A stretch of DNA of 64,000 nt from Camelus ferus (lineage: Eukaryota), in NCBI RefSeq assembly GCF_009834535.1, contig NC_045707.1, forward strand, positions 47,680,001 through 47,744,000. Direction: 5' to 3'. Shown here piece after piece: positions 37,690-50,059 of this stretch (within the stretch, counting starts at the first letter, position 1; every line of letters starts with the position of its first letter). The notes below the pieces were generated by a model. It was not told the DNA's origin. It saw nothing but the letters and a program-made list of their open reading frames with translations, and searched no databases. Made by a program: the position numbers and the translations under genes.

Positions 37690-38218
37690 TTTCACAAATA
37701 TTTATTGAATGCTTACTATGTGGCATGCCCTGTACCAGGAACTCTGTGTTGAGTAAAAGTAGACCTGGCCCTGTTCTTATAGGAATTTACCATCTGCAGA
37801 AGGAGACAGAATTCATCAGTTAATCTCAATATAATGCAAAATTAAAACTCAGGTAAATGCAGTGGGGTAGAGTACATGGTACTATGAGAGGATAAGATAG
37901 AAGGATATGACTAGGAGTGGATGGACATAAAGGGATATGGATGATGGATAGATCAGAGATATGTTTTAGAGGGATAGTCAGCAAGAGAGTAGATACGGCT
38001 TCCCAATTCTTTCCATCTTCTAATCAGAGTTTTAAGGGAGGAATTGGGGTTCAGTAAGTAGGGTATGTGGGAGGAAGGGATTTCAGATTAAGAAAATAAC
38101 TTATGCAAGTGCACAGAAATATAATATAATATACTGATTCAGGAACTGCAAGATATTTAGTATGGCCAAGGTACTGAGAAGTGATAAGGCGTGAGGCAAG
38201 AGAGGTATGTAAGAATGG
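37690..38218 (-). mobile_element. L2 remnant (continues at ~41477-41680, split by the young L1)
   Basis: cacaaatatttattgaatgcttactatgtg...; the L2 motif ggccagatcatg... resumes after the L1 as gaagattggattc...ttgaagaattttaagca. Confidence 0.65.
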
Positions 38219-38237
38219 CCAGATCATGAAGTATCTT

Positions 38238-41200
38238 TTTTTTTTTTTAACTAGTAAAAATTCTTTATTTTTTTTTAACATTTTTTATTGATTTATAATC
38301 ATTTTACAATGTGTCAAATTCCAGTGTTCAGCACAATTTTTCAGTCATTCATCAACATATACACACTCATTGTCACATTTTTTTCTCTGTGAGTTATCAT
38401 AACATTTTGTGTATATTTCCCTGTGCTATACAGTGTAATCTTGTTTATCTATTCTACAATTTTGAAATCCCAGGCTATCCCTTCCCACCCTCTGCCCCCC
38501 GGTAACCACAAGTCTGTATTCTCTGTCTGTGAGTCTATTTCTGTCCTGTATTTACACTTTGTTTTTGTTTGTTTGTTTTTGTTTTTGTTTTTTAGATTCC
38601 ACATATGAGCGATCTCATATGGTATTTTTCTTTCTCTTTCTGGCTTACTTCACTTAGAATGACATTCTCCAGGAGCATCCATGTTGCTGCAAATGGCATT
38701 ATGTTGTCAGTTTTTATGGCTGAGTAGTATTCCATTGTATAAATATACCACCTCTTCTTTATCCAGTCACCTGTTGATGGACATTTAGGCTGTTTCCATG
38801 TTTTGGCTATTGTAAATAGTGCTGCTATGAACATTGGGGTGCAGGTGTCATCCTGAAGTAGATTTCCTTCTGGATACAAGCCCAGGAGTGGGATTCCTGG
38901 GTCACATGGTAAGTCTATTCCTAGTCTTTTGAGGAATCTCCACACTGTTTTCCATAGTGGCTGCACCAAACTGCATTCCCACCAGCAGTGTAGGAGGGTT
39001 CCCCTTTCTCCACAGCCTCTCCAGCATTTGTCATTTGTGGATTTTTGAATGACGGCCATTCTGACTGGTGTGAGGTGATACCTCATTGTAGTTTTGATTT
39101 TCATTTCTCTGATAATTAGTGATATTGAGCATTTTTTCATGTGCTTTTTGATCATTTGTATGTCTTCCTTGGAGAATTGCTTGTTTAGGTCTTCTGCCCA
39201 TTTTTGGATTGGGTTGTTTATTTTTTTCTTATTGAGTCGTATGAGCTGCTTATATATTCTGGAGATCAAGCCTTTGTCTGTTTCACTTGCAAAAATTTTC
39301 TCCCATTCTGTAGGTTTTCTTCTTGTTTTACTTCTGGTTTCCTTTGCTGTGCAGAAGCTTGTAAGTTTCATTAGGTCCCATTTGTTTATTCTTGCTTTTA
39401 TTTCTTCTAGGAGAAAATTTTTAAATGTATGTCAGATAATGTTTTGCCTATGTTTTCCTCTAGGAGGTTTATTGTATCTTGTCTTATGTTTAAGTCTTTA
39501 ATCCATTTTGAGTTGATTTTTGTATATGGTGTAAGGGAGTGTTCTAGCTTCATTGTTTTACATGCTGCTGTCCAGTTTTCCCAACACCATTTGCTGAAGA
39601 GACTGTCTTTATTCCATTGTATATTCTTGCCTCCTTTGTCGAAGATGAGTTGACCAAAAGTTTGTGGGTTCATTTCTGGGCTCTCTATTCTGTTCCATTG
39701 GTCTATATGTCTGTTTTGGTACCAATACCATGCTGTCTTGATGACTGTAGCTCTATAGTATTGTCTGAAGCCTGGGAGAGTTATTCCTCCAGCCTCCTTC
39801 TTTCTCTTCAGTAATGCTTTGGCAATTCTAGGTCTTTGATGGTTCCATATAAATTTTATTATGATTTGTTCTAGTTCTGTGAAATATGTCCTGGGTAATT
39901 GGATAGGGATTGCATTAAATCTGTAGATTGCCTTGGGCAGTGTGACCATTTTAACAATATTGATTCTTCCAATCCAAGAGCATGGAATATCTTTCCATTT
40001 TTTAAAGTCTTCTTTAATTTCCTTCATCAATGGTTTATAGTTTTCTGTGTATAATTCTTTCACCTCCTTGGTTAGATTTATTCCCAGATATTTTATTACT
40101 TTGGGTGCTATTTTAAAGGGGATTGTTTCTTTACTTTCTTCTTCTGTTGATTTATCGTTAGTGTAAAGAAATGCAACTGATTTTTGAACGTTAATTTTGT
40201 AACCTGCTACCTTGCTGAATTCTTCAATCAGCTCTAGTAGCTTTTGTGTGGACCTTTTAGGGTTTTCTATATATAGTAACATGTCATCAGCATATAATGA
40301 CACTTTTACCTCTTCTTTTCCAATTTGGATCCCTTTTATTTCTTTCTCTTGCCTGACTGCTGTGGCTAGGACTTCCAGGACTATGTTGAATAGGAGTGGT
40401 GATAGTGGGCATCCTTGTCTTGTCCCAGATTTTAGTGGGAAGCTTTTGAGTTTTTCACCGTTGAGTACTATGCTGGCTGTAGGTTTGTCATATGTAGCTT
40501 TTATTATGTTGAGATATGTTCCCTCTATACCCACTTTGGCGAGAGTTTTTATCATAAATGGGTGTTGAATTTTAATAAAAGCTTTTTCTGCATCGATTGA
40601 GATGATAATGTGGTTTTTGTCCTTTCTCTTGTTGATGTGATGTATTACATTGATTGATTTGCGTATGTTGAACCAGCCTTGTGTCCCTGGGATGAACCCC
40701 ACGTGGTCATGATGTATAATCTTTTTTATGTGTTGTTGGATTCTATTTGCTAAAATTTTGGTGAGGATTTTGGCGTCTATGTTCATCAGTGATATTGGCC
40801 TATAATTCTCTTTTTTTGTAGTGTCTTTGCCTGGTTTTGGTATCAGGGTGATGGTGGCTTCATAGAATGAGTTTGGGAGTATTCCCTCCTTTTCAATTGT
40901 CTGGAAGAGTTTGAGAAGGACTGGTATGAGTTCTTCTTTGTATGTTTGGTAGAATTCCCCGGTGAAGCCGTCCGGTCCTGGACTTTTATTTGTAGGGAGG
41001 TTTTTAATTGCTATTTCTATTTCCTTTCTAGTGATTGGATTGTTCAAGTGTTCAGATTCTTCTTGATTCAGTTTTGGTGGACAGTATGTTTCCAGAAACT
41101 TGTCCATCTCCTCTAGGTTATCCAGTTTGGTTCCATATAGTTTTTCATAATATTCTCGTATGGTATTCTGTATTTCTATTTTGTTTGTTGTAATTTCTCC

Positions 41201-41457
41201 ATTTTCCTTTCTTATTTTGCTAATTTGTGCTCTCTCTTTTTTCTTCTTTGTGAGTTTGGCCAGAGGTTTGTCGATTTTATTTACTTTTTCAAAAAACCAG
41301 CTTTTGGTTTGGTTGATTTTTTATATGGTCTTGTTAATCTCTATTGTATTTAATTCCCCTCTGATCTTTATTATTTCCTTCCTTCTGCTGCTTTTTGTTC
41401 TTCTTTTTCTAATTCATTCAGGTGGATGGGTTAAATTGTTTATTTGAGATTGTTCTT
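38238..41457 (-). mobile_element. Young 5'-truncated LINE-1 (~3.2 kb; ORF2 lacking the endonuclease domain, 3' UTR, poly(A))
   Basis: Perfect 19-bp TSD CCAGATCATGAAGTATCTT at 38219-38237 and 41458-41476; poly(T) on the + strand at 38236-38248; long ORF2 frames. Confidence 0.98.
38592..41457 (-). pseudogene. Disrupted L1 ORF2p (Z domain, reverse transcriptase, C-terminal cysteine-rich region)
   Basis: ORF 39407-41107 has [37 protein letters not shown] and KYLGI. ORF 38592-39371 has [18 protein letters not shown]. The frame is open upstream to a TAA at 41321-41323; a single-base frameshift lies near 39420. Confidence 0.95.
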
Positions 41458-41839
41458 CCAGATCATGAAGTATCTTGTGTGTTATTCTAGGAAGATTGGA
41501 TTCATCATGAGGGTAGTGGGGAAACCTTGAAGAATTTTAAGCACTGGAGCTATAAGACCATTGTGTGCGAAGTGGATACAGGAGGGATAGTGGAGAAAAG
41601 TGAAACAGGTCTAGAAAAAGGGAGACCACTTTGATGATTACTACAAAATCCCAAAAGGAAAATGCTGAAACCCTGCTTGGACTCTTGGGTGTTGAAATTT
41701 CAATGTGTTATACCCTCATTATACATTGTTAAAATAAGGGAATGATTCTGGTCTCATACTCTTTCTATGTCTGGCTCTCAGGATCTAGATTTTCAGATAG
41801 GTTCCATACAAAGATGAATTTCTATGATTATTTAAGTTT

Positions 41840-42200
41840 AGATTTTCCAGAAGCAGACCTCAGAAAGCATTTTTAATGCGAGCTGTTTATTTGGGAGGTG
41901 ATTCTAGGAAATGTTGTTAGGTGAATGAGGAGGTAAAACAGTGAAGGAAATGCACCCAATAAAGAATATATTAGAGATGAGATGACTACTGAGGCAAATG
42001 GGATTCAATCCCTTTAGGGATTCTGGGAAGCAGTATAGACCATTCACTCTAGAATTATCCATCTTAAAGGAGCTCATGTATTCCAAATTCTGTTCTTACT
42101 TGAGTGATGGCTCTTCTGGACTGCCTCATTGCAAGAAGAGTGGGCTCCTATCTGCTGAGACAGCCATCAGGCGGTGGAAGTCAATGGTGTTTCTCTAGGC
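41840..42200 (-). mobile_element. Old MaLR LTR remnant (MLT1K/L-like)
   Basis: ccagaagcagacctcagaaagcatt...tgtttatttgggaggtgattctaggaaa...gggattcaatcc...gggattctggga. Confidence 0.5.
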
Positions 42201-42637
42201 TTCACCCTAGATTTGTGGTCTTGAGTGAATGAAGTGACCTGAGAAATTCCAGGCTTGTTACAGGGATCTTCTGGGTATCACAAGAGACTTTCTGTTTAAA
42301 TGTCTAGCAATCTACCCTGTGAACTCTTTTGAAGTTCTCCAAACAAGGAATAACTGTGGCTCATGTAGCTTCTACAGTGTATGAACATCAATAGTGAGAA
42401 CATTAAGAAGGCATTTGTTTCTGATGAGAGAGATCTAAAGGCACAGAAATAACTCATTGATTACATGCCAGTTATGTACCAGGGACAGTGCTAAACCATT
42501 TCATATACCTTATCTAATTTAATGAATTTAATCATGGCAGCCGCTTTGTGAAGAAGTCATTGTACAATCCTTTTGCAGATGAGAGAATTAAAGAAAATTG
42601 AAGCTTGTAGGGTAAAGTGATTTACCCACTATCACAT

Positions 42638-43090
42638 AGTATAGCAGTTACCTTTTGCTACAATAATGCTACATACTTATAACTTAAAAACCTAGCCTTA
42701 AAATAGTAACTGATTATTTAGTTTATAAGTCTGCAGGTTGGTGATTGAGCTGGACTCAGCTGGGATTTTCTGGTCTGAGCTGGGCTCATTACATGTTCGG
42801 GAGTCAGCTGACTTGTCAGCAGATGAGGTTTGCTTTGGCTGGGATGAGGGAGGCCTTAGCTATGTTCCACTTGTCTCTCATCATCCGGTAGGCTAGCCGT
42901 GGCATGTTCTCATGGCAATGGCTGAGGACAAGAGCACAATCTGAAACATGCAAGCACCTTTTAACCCTTTGCTTACAACATGTCTGATAACAACACATTG
43001 ACCAAAGAAAGTCACTTTGCTGTGACCAGCACCAGAACTTGGACACAGGAAGGGGTGAAGAATTGGAGGATTAATGCAATCAGTCTCTCA
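42638..43090 (-). mobile_element. Old MaLR LTR remnant (MLT1H/I/J-like) inserted into a MIR
   Basis: cagttaccttttgctacaataatgct...ggctagccgtggcatgttctcatggcaatggc...cattgaccaaagaaagtcac...ggggtgaagaattgg; MIR-like sequence at 42460-42637 resumes near 43095. Confidence 0.6.
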
Positions 43091-45174
43091 ACTTGGTTAG
43101 TAAATGCCAACTGAGGTTTAAACTGAAAGCCCTGGCAGGCCAATTTTTGTGTACCATGATTCTTTGTAAAAAGAAGCTCCATTTGAATAGGTCCTAGAAA
43201 ATGTCATCACTGGTTTCAAAGAAGGTGCATTTATTTAATCCTCTACATCTTTGTATTGTTTCCAGTTAATCCTCTGACCCAAGAAGGATTTGACTCAATT
43301 CATTTATTTTTGTGCTTTGCTTTGTAAAGAAGGATCTGGTAAGGAGAGAAGAATTCCAGTGCCATTTTTACTGATAGGGAAGTTACTCAGTGGCCACTGG
43401 ACTCTACAAACTTCTGTAAAGGATGATTCTGCATGTGTACAGCTTTATCTTTTTAGTCATTTTGTTATTTCCAAGAGTAGATGGATAATATGAGATGACT
43501 ATGGCTAATTTGCATTTGAAAGGACTTTCTCAGAGTGGCAGCTCAGCCCAAGAAGATTGCAAGTTCAACATAAAAGGTCAGAAATACTTGTTCACCAACC
43601 AAGATAGTGTAGCTAAGGAGTGCTGGGATTGTTCCCGCTGCCCTGGGAAGCCTTGGTTTAGGAATGCATTCTTCTTCTTCTTCTTTTTTAAGAAAAGTTG
43701 TGACCAACTCTTTGTGTCCTGGCAGGAGAAAAGAATAAGACTTGACCTCCTTTTGTTCCAACAGTAGCCTGCAACTGCCTCATTCCATTGTCTCAACATG
43801 TATCATCTGTCTGTTAGTCGTCAACTCTCCTTCCAGGACAGAGCTGCATTCTCCTTGTGTTATCACTCTACTATGTGCTGTCCTTTCTCATCTGGTTGTG
43901 GAATTTAAAGGAAAAAAAAAAAAGACCATGAAAAATGTGTAAGTTGGATGCTATTCATTCACTTATTTATAAATAAGTGGAAACTGACAGGCACCTCCTC
44001 AGAAAATGTTTACTATATGGACAAGTGTTGATGACATGAGCTGAAAGACACAGTCTGGTGCCACCAGGACCAGCTGCTCCTTCAGTAGTTACCATTGTAC
44101 AGCCTCGCTTTCGTTTTGGCTTGGCACATGCATTTTCAGCCTGCCTTACATTGTGTCTCCAGGATACTTTATCTCTGGCACTGTCTGCCAGAGACAATAG
44201 ATGAGCCTTTTCACCAAGCCTGAAAGCTTGGGCTTTGCTCTTGATCTCTGGTGTTACTGCTGCTTACATAATGGACCTTGCCTGATGCCAACGGATGCAT
44301 CTGCTGTTGGCCCAGTAACTTTGCTTCATGGAAACGCCTCTTGATTTTCTGTTCTTCATGCTGCCGTGCTGACATTTGATAAACTGAATAAATGTTTTTC
44401 TTTCCAGTGGAGAAGAAGCACTGCTCATTGCTTAGCTAGAAGAGCAGTGGATTAAGCTGTTGGATTTATAGTAGGTCTCAGACTGGTTCAATTCACAGAT
44501 ACTGGATGGTCCTTCCTCAGCTACTTCAAGAGGTACTGTTAGGGAGGCTGTTGAGGAATTGGTAGTTGGGTTCCTTAGGAATGTGCTGCTCTCTGTATGA
44601 ACTCTAGATTGTACAGACCTGTTATACAGTTACAACAGAGGGGCTAAGTCCTTGTCTATCAATCAGTCAGTCAAGTCAATCAACCAACCAACTAGCATAT
44701 ATTTAATTGCTGCTTAAATGCAGGGCACTGTGTTGTGGTCTGAGAATACAAAGGGGAATTGGTTACAATCTTTGTTTTAGAGGTTTACAATTGGATAAAG
44801 AAAAACTATAAAGTACACAAATTATACATACACACATACATACATACACATACACATAAGGTATTACTAGACTCATTCAGAGAAGGAGAATTTCAGAAAG
44901 TGATGGGTCATTGTGAGCTGAAATGTCTGGGGAAGACATCCTTGGAAGAAATTAAATTTAAACCTAACGTGAAAGACTAATATGTTGAGGGTTTAGTGAA
45001 TGCAGATGTATAAAAATACACAGCCGTAAACAGAGCTATTCTTGGATGTACAGTGGTTGTTTTCGAAATGAAAACACCCTATGCCTTCAGCATTATCTTT
45101 TTAATCCACAGAATGCACCATGTGATTTTACTTACTTGCTATGTCCTCCAGAGACCTCAGGGGGAAGGAGAGAG

Positions 45175-45352
45175 GGCTGACATTTATTAACCTTCTGTTT
45201 GCCATGTGCTGTGCTATCTGCTTTACATATGTTATCTCACTGAGTTCTTCTGTGGTCCTTTGAGCCATGCATTACTGCTCCTATTTATCGATGAGGAAAC
45301 TGAGGTGCAGAGAGGCTAAATCACTTACCCAACTCTCATGGTTATCAAGTGA
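45175..45352 (-). mobile_element. MIR remnant
   Basis: gctttacatatgttatctcactgagttc...gatgaggaaactgaggtgcagagaggctaaatcacttacccaa. Confidence 0.75.
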
Positions 45353-47379
45353 CAGCTCTCTGCATTATTTATACACAGCCAGTAACCTACATGATTTTAA
45401 AGGTAGTCAAGAGAGTAGGGAAATTTAGTATCAATGCCGTTTCTAAAAAAACCTTTGAAATGCTGCTTGTTAGATGAGTACATTGTCAGTAATTACAGAA
45501 ATGGATTAAAATGAAAAAAAGAGAAAAATAACAGCAAAAAAATAAACTAATACAATTGATGAGTATCCTTTTGGATCACAAATGTCACAGTGTGTGTCAT
45601 ATGGTGCAAACGGAAAAAGATATGTGTGTGTGTGGTGTTGAGGGGCTGTATTCTGAACTTAGCACACTCTGCACATTTTAGGTACTTACTAATTGGGTCA
45701 ATATCTGATATATTAGAATTTTGTTACAAAATGATGAACAGTTCCACTTGGACTCTCAAGGTGACAGATGTTCTACAGCTAAAAGATTGCTTTGGGAAAA
45801 CCAGAATAGACCTACTGCACCTAAAATAATTGGCCAAAAATATGAGGGAAAAAAAAGAAAATGGGGACCTGTGGCAAGGCAGCACATCGTATTTGAGTGA
45901 TGATTCTCAAACTCCTCTGTGGGTCGTACTCTGGCCTGGACCATCTGTTCTCCCAGCGGCCTCCTCTTGTAGAGTCATGGACCTTTCACAGTCTTGGCCC
46001 CCCAATCCCTGCTGTCTTACATGAATGGGGGAGTGGAGGATCCTGCATGCCAGTCCCCAGGGCAGTAAGTGGCTTAAGGTGCAGCAGACTAGGGAATATA
46101 ATAATGTTATTCATGCAAGCAGTTGCTTGCACACTGTAACTTTGCCCTGTGTCCTTTAGCTATTCCTGGTGAATTTCCAGAGGGATAATCCCTTACAGTA
46201 AAGCCCAACTCCCTCCATGACCCCAGGCTGCAAACATCGCCTGGCTTCTGTGTGCTCTTGCATTTTGGATTTGTATACGGACCAAAGTGAGCAACCTGCA
46301 GTCTACAACCAGGGCTAGGGAGAAGATGATTTCTTCTCATCTATGCTAACTTCTCAATAATGTGTCCCCTTCATCTTGCTGAAAAGTCAGTCAACATAAA
46401 TGCCTCTCTCACCAGGACCACCTGCCTCTCTTTAATTAATGGCAGACTGTATTTTGCTGCAAGGAATGGTGAGACTTTTCTTTGAAAACTTTTTCATGGT
46501 GACGTATGACATGCACACAGAAAAATACACCAAACAAATTTATATCTTAATGAATTATAAAGTGATCGCTCATGTAATCGCTGCTCAGGGAAGAACTAGA
46601 ACTTTGCCAGCACCACAGAAGCTTGCTGAGTGTTCCTTTCCCACACACCCACGTCTTTTCTCTCAAGACAGCTCTTGTTCTGACCTGGTTGGTAAGCATT
46701 TCGGTGTGTATGTGTTGATCATTTCACCAATAAAGACTATAGTCTGGAGACTGGCAGACTTTTTAAGCCTTCGACCTCCTTCAGCTTCACAAGAGACTTC
46801 ACATGGGAAGCTGCGTGGAAAGGAGACTTTGGGCGTGGGCAAGGCTGGGGGTGAACCCCTGCTTTGCCGTTTCCTAGCTATACAGCTTCAGCAGTTCACA
46901 AATACTCCCTAAAGTTCAAGTTCCTTATTTATGCAGTTGGGATGACAAACCCTACCCACACGGCTGCTGTACCAGAAGCGAGGTCACACAAGAAGTTACC
47001 TAACATGTGGTCAGGGACTTGGTTGCTCTCAGGAGCCTTTCTTGCTCAAGAATGATGAAAACTGCCCTGGTGACGTATGTGAAGTCTTCCTTTGTTGCTC
47101 TTGACCCCCATTAAAACCTATACCTTCCATCTCCTGCGCCAGACCAGGCTGTCTGAGTTGTGTAGTGTGATCGTTCACTCATTCATTCCTTCAGTGCACT
47201 GGTGTGGGTGTGTGCAGGTGTACAGTACCTGGCAAGTAACAGTCATCGAGTAGATGTTGGCTGAGTGAATGAATAAGTGAATGGGCCACTTACCCTGGCC
47301 CCTTATCTCAGACTTTATCATCTAGTAGAAGAGGTAAGATGTGTATAAAAACGATGAGGAAAGCGTTATGAGGAGGCTG

Positions 47380-47614
47380 TATGGAGCATCGGTTAAGAGT
47401 GCCAGCCCAGCTGCTCCACTTATTAACTGGGAACTGGGGCAGTTTACTGAGTAGTCTCTGCTTTAGTTTAACCACCTGTGAAATGGGGCTAACAACAGTA
47501 ACTACCTCATAGCTTGTTGGGAGGAATAAATAAGGAAAGTGGCTAAACTGCTTTCAGAAGAGAATGACACATTGTAAGTCTTAATTAAGTGTGATTGTTG
47601 TTGTTGTTGTTGTT
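47380..47614 (+). mobile_element. MIR remnant ending in (TTG)7
   Basis: ggttaagagtg...ctccacttattaactgg...cctgtgaaatggggctaacaacagtaactacctcatag...ttgttgttgttgttgttgtt. Confidence 0.65.
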
Positions 47615-48832
47615 ATGAAAGAGTGATAAAATGCTAGAAGAATTTGCAGAAAGGATGTGGTAGAGAAACTAAATATCGGTTGGGGGCAGGAATTTTTAGA
47701 AATTTTTTGGGAGAAGATCTTATTTGCGCTGAGCTTTGAGCCCATGTAAGATTTAGATTAATGTCTTTTCCGTCTTGGGGCATTTAAAGGAGCTTCATTC
47801 TGAGTTGTCCTCTCCCCACCCCTTCCATGCCTATAACCCTTACTTGTCACTCAATGTCATTTTCCCTGAGAAGACTTTCCCTGATCTGACTGACAAGGTT
47901 AAGATATTTGATCATAAAAGACTTAAAGCACTGCATGCTTGGTTGGTTTTTAGAGCACTGATTACAATTTGTACTTATAAATTTATTTATGCAACTATTT
48001 ATTTATTTTCTAACTCCTCCACTAGACTGTAAGATTCTTGAGGAAAGTGTTTGTGCCTTTGTTTTCCCCACTTCTTCATCCCTAGTGCTTGGAAACACAG
48101 TAGTAGACCACAATAAATACTGAGCCTGGAGTAGATCCCAATAAATACTTGCGGAATGATTTCATTTATATAAATAGAAGTGGGGGAAGTCATTTTAAGA
48201 AGAGGGGAAACATAAACAGAGTGAAGATATGGAAAGAATCTTAGATGTGGTTTATTTAATGTAAAATTCATCTGTGTACTAAGAAAGAGAATTCTCCCTT
48301 TCAGATTATACGCATTTCAGGTACAGTTTCAGAGACCCTGTCCCTACTTCTGTTTTGTAAACAACAGGAAAGTCTCAGTGGGAATTCCAGAGGAGCTTAA
48401 GGCGGGCAGACAGAGGAAGGAGAGCAGACCAGGGAGTAGACTCTGGGAGCAAGCAAGTTGGTCTCTGTAAATCCTACTTCTGCTGAGGACAACACACTTA
48501 CAGGGCAGTGTGGTGGTTTAGGAAGGGAAACGTGAGGGACACATTGGGGAGGCAGAGAGGCCAGTGACTGGGACCCTGGACCTGGGAGTCAGATGCTCTG
48601 CTCTAAGCCAGTCTGTCCTTGGTGCCATTCACAAAGACCTGGGTTGTTATGCGGATAAATAAGGTAACACGTATAAGTCAACATAGCCCAGTGCCCAGTA
48701 ATACAGTGTCTACTGGTAATTTCTATGCATGAGTACTGTTTTCAGGTCTCCCCTCTTCTATGATGTGTGTTCCTCCACTCCATTTTCATGTGTCTAAACT
48801 TCGAATGACACTTGCAATCTAAGTGTACTTTT

Positions 48833-49006
48833 TAAAAAAATTAATTTATTTTATTTTTATTTATTTTTGAAGGGGGTGGGTAATTAGGTTTATTTATTTA
48901 TTTACTTACTTTTTTTTTTTTTTTTTAGTGGAGGTGCTGGGGATTGAACCCAGGACCTCATGCATGCTAGGGATGCACTCTACCACAGAGCTTTCCCTTA
49001 CCCCCC
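48833..49006 (-). mobile_element. tRNA-derived SINE, Vic-1-like (camelid)
   Basis: Minus strand GGGGGGTAAGGGAAAGCTCTGTGGTAGAGTGCATCCCTAGCATGCATGAGGTCCTGGGTTCAATCCCCAGCACCTCC with B box GGTTCAATCC, then an A-rich tail; 12-bp TSD AAGTGTACTTTT at 48821-48832 and 49007-49018. Confidence 0.85.
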
Positions 49007-50059
49007 AAGTGTACTTTTATTGTAATGTTTCCTTTTTACTTACTAAAGCTAGCATGATATTGAAGGTAAATTCTAGAATCAATGGTCTTAGAATTGAGGA
49101 TGTATAACTTTATTATTATTTTACTTTTCCTCAGAAAAATGTTTCTTATAGAGTTGACTCTTAATTTGAGAGAAAAAAGAGAAATGTTTAAAGTTGTCAC
49201 AGAGAAGTATTATAAATATTTCTAGGTATTTATAAAAAGAGGCGATCTTGGGGAAGCTTTCCAAAAACTTATGATTATGAGAATGGGCAGCTTTTGTTTC
49301 TCTCCTATTAAGTCACTTGTGTAATGCTTTTTGAAGAAATGTGAGACATTTACTTAACTAGTAAAGGACCCCACAAGATAAAATTTCTATTTATAAACAC
49401 TCCACTGCAAGGAGTTCTAAGTGCTTGGCAGGCAGTTTCTAATAAACTCTTACAAAATGCATGTGCAAGGAGGCGCAGGGTGGAGGAGAATAGGAATGTA
49501 GGAGTCATTTCCATTTTTCTGTGTTAGAACATATTTAAGTAACTTTTTGTTTTAGGACACATTTAAGTAACCTTTCAAAAGCCAGAAAATCAGGGACAAA
49601 GCTGGGAAGAGACGAGGTTTTCTAATGCCAAATTTATTGATTTGCTTGCTAAATACACTTACCATTTCTCAAGTATTTTTGTTTTTGTTTTGTTCTCTCC
49701 ATTCTACTTATTTAGACAAACTTTCAGGTTTTTATTTAAAAAATTCTGATTTGTTAACTCGCTGGGTGAGCTATAACTGGATTGGCAATTTGCTTATCTA
49801 ATGAGTTAAGTTAAAAGCTAGACATCAGAAAATAAGGTAAATGCCAGCAATTACTATTAAAAACCTATTTCATAAACCTGAGAGTTGCTCACTGAATGTG
49901 TGTATCCTTAGATGTAATTTTTTTAAGCCAGTATTTTCTGTTTTCTAAGTGTCAGTGCTAACTGATGTTACAGGAAAAATGTGGTTAGACCAAAATTAGG
50001 GAGAATTCTGTGCTGTGTGTGGTGGGTTGTTCAAACAGTGAGCATTTCCTTTGAGATAT

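Noticed and set aside
39407..41107. 566-aa reverse transcriptase ORF as a novel or domesticated RT system
   Set aside because: It is ordinary L1 ORF2 inside a TSD-bounded truncated insertion, with no promoter, partner gene or ncRNA.
39094..41447. Several + strand ORFs of 65-135 aa
   Set aside because: They are antisense shadows of L1 ORF2 with no independent coding evidence.
46439..46912. 157-aa ORF, the longest outside L1 ORF2
   Set aside because: It runs through old L1-like (about 46490-46700) and MIR-like sequence, with no recognisable domain or splice structure.
48925..49006. tRNA-like sequence
   Set aside because: It is a SINE head with an A-rich tail and TSD; the acceptor stem and A box are degenerate, so it is not a tRNA gene.
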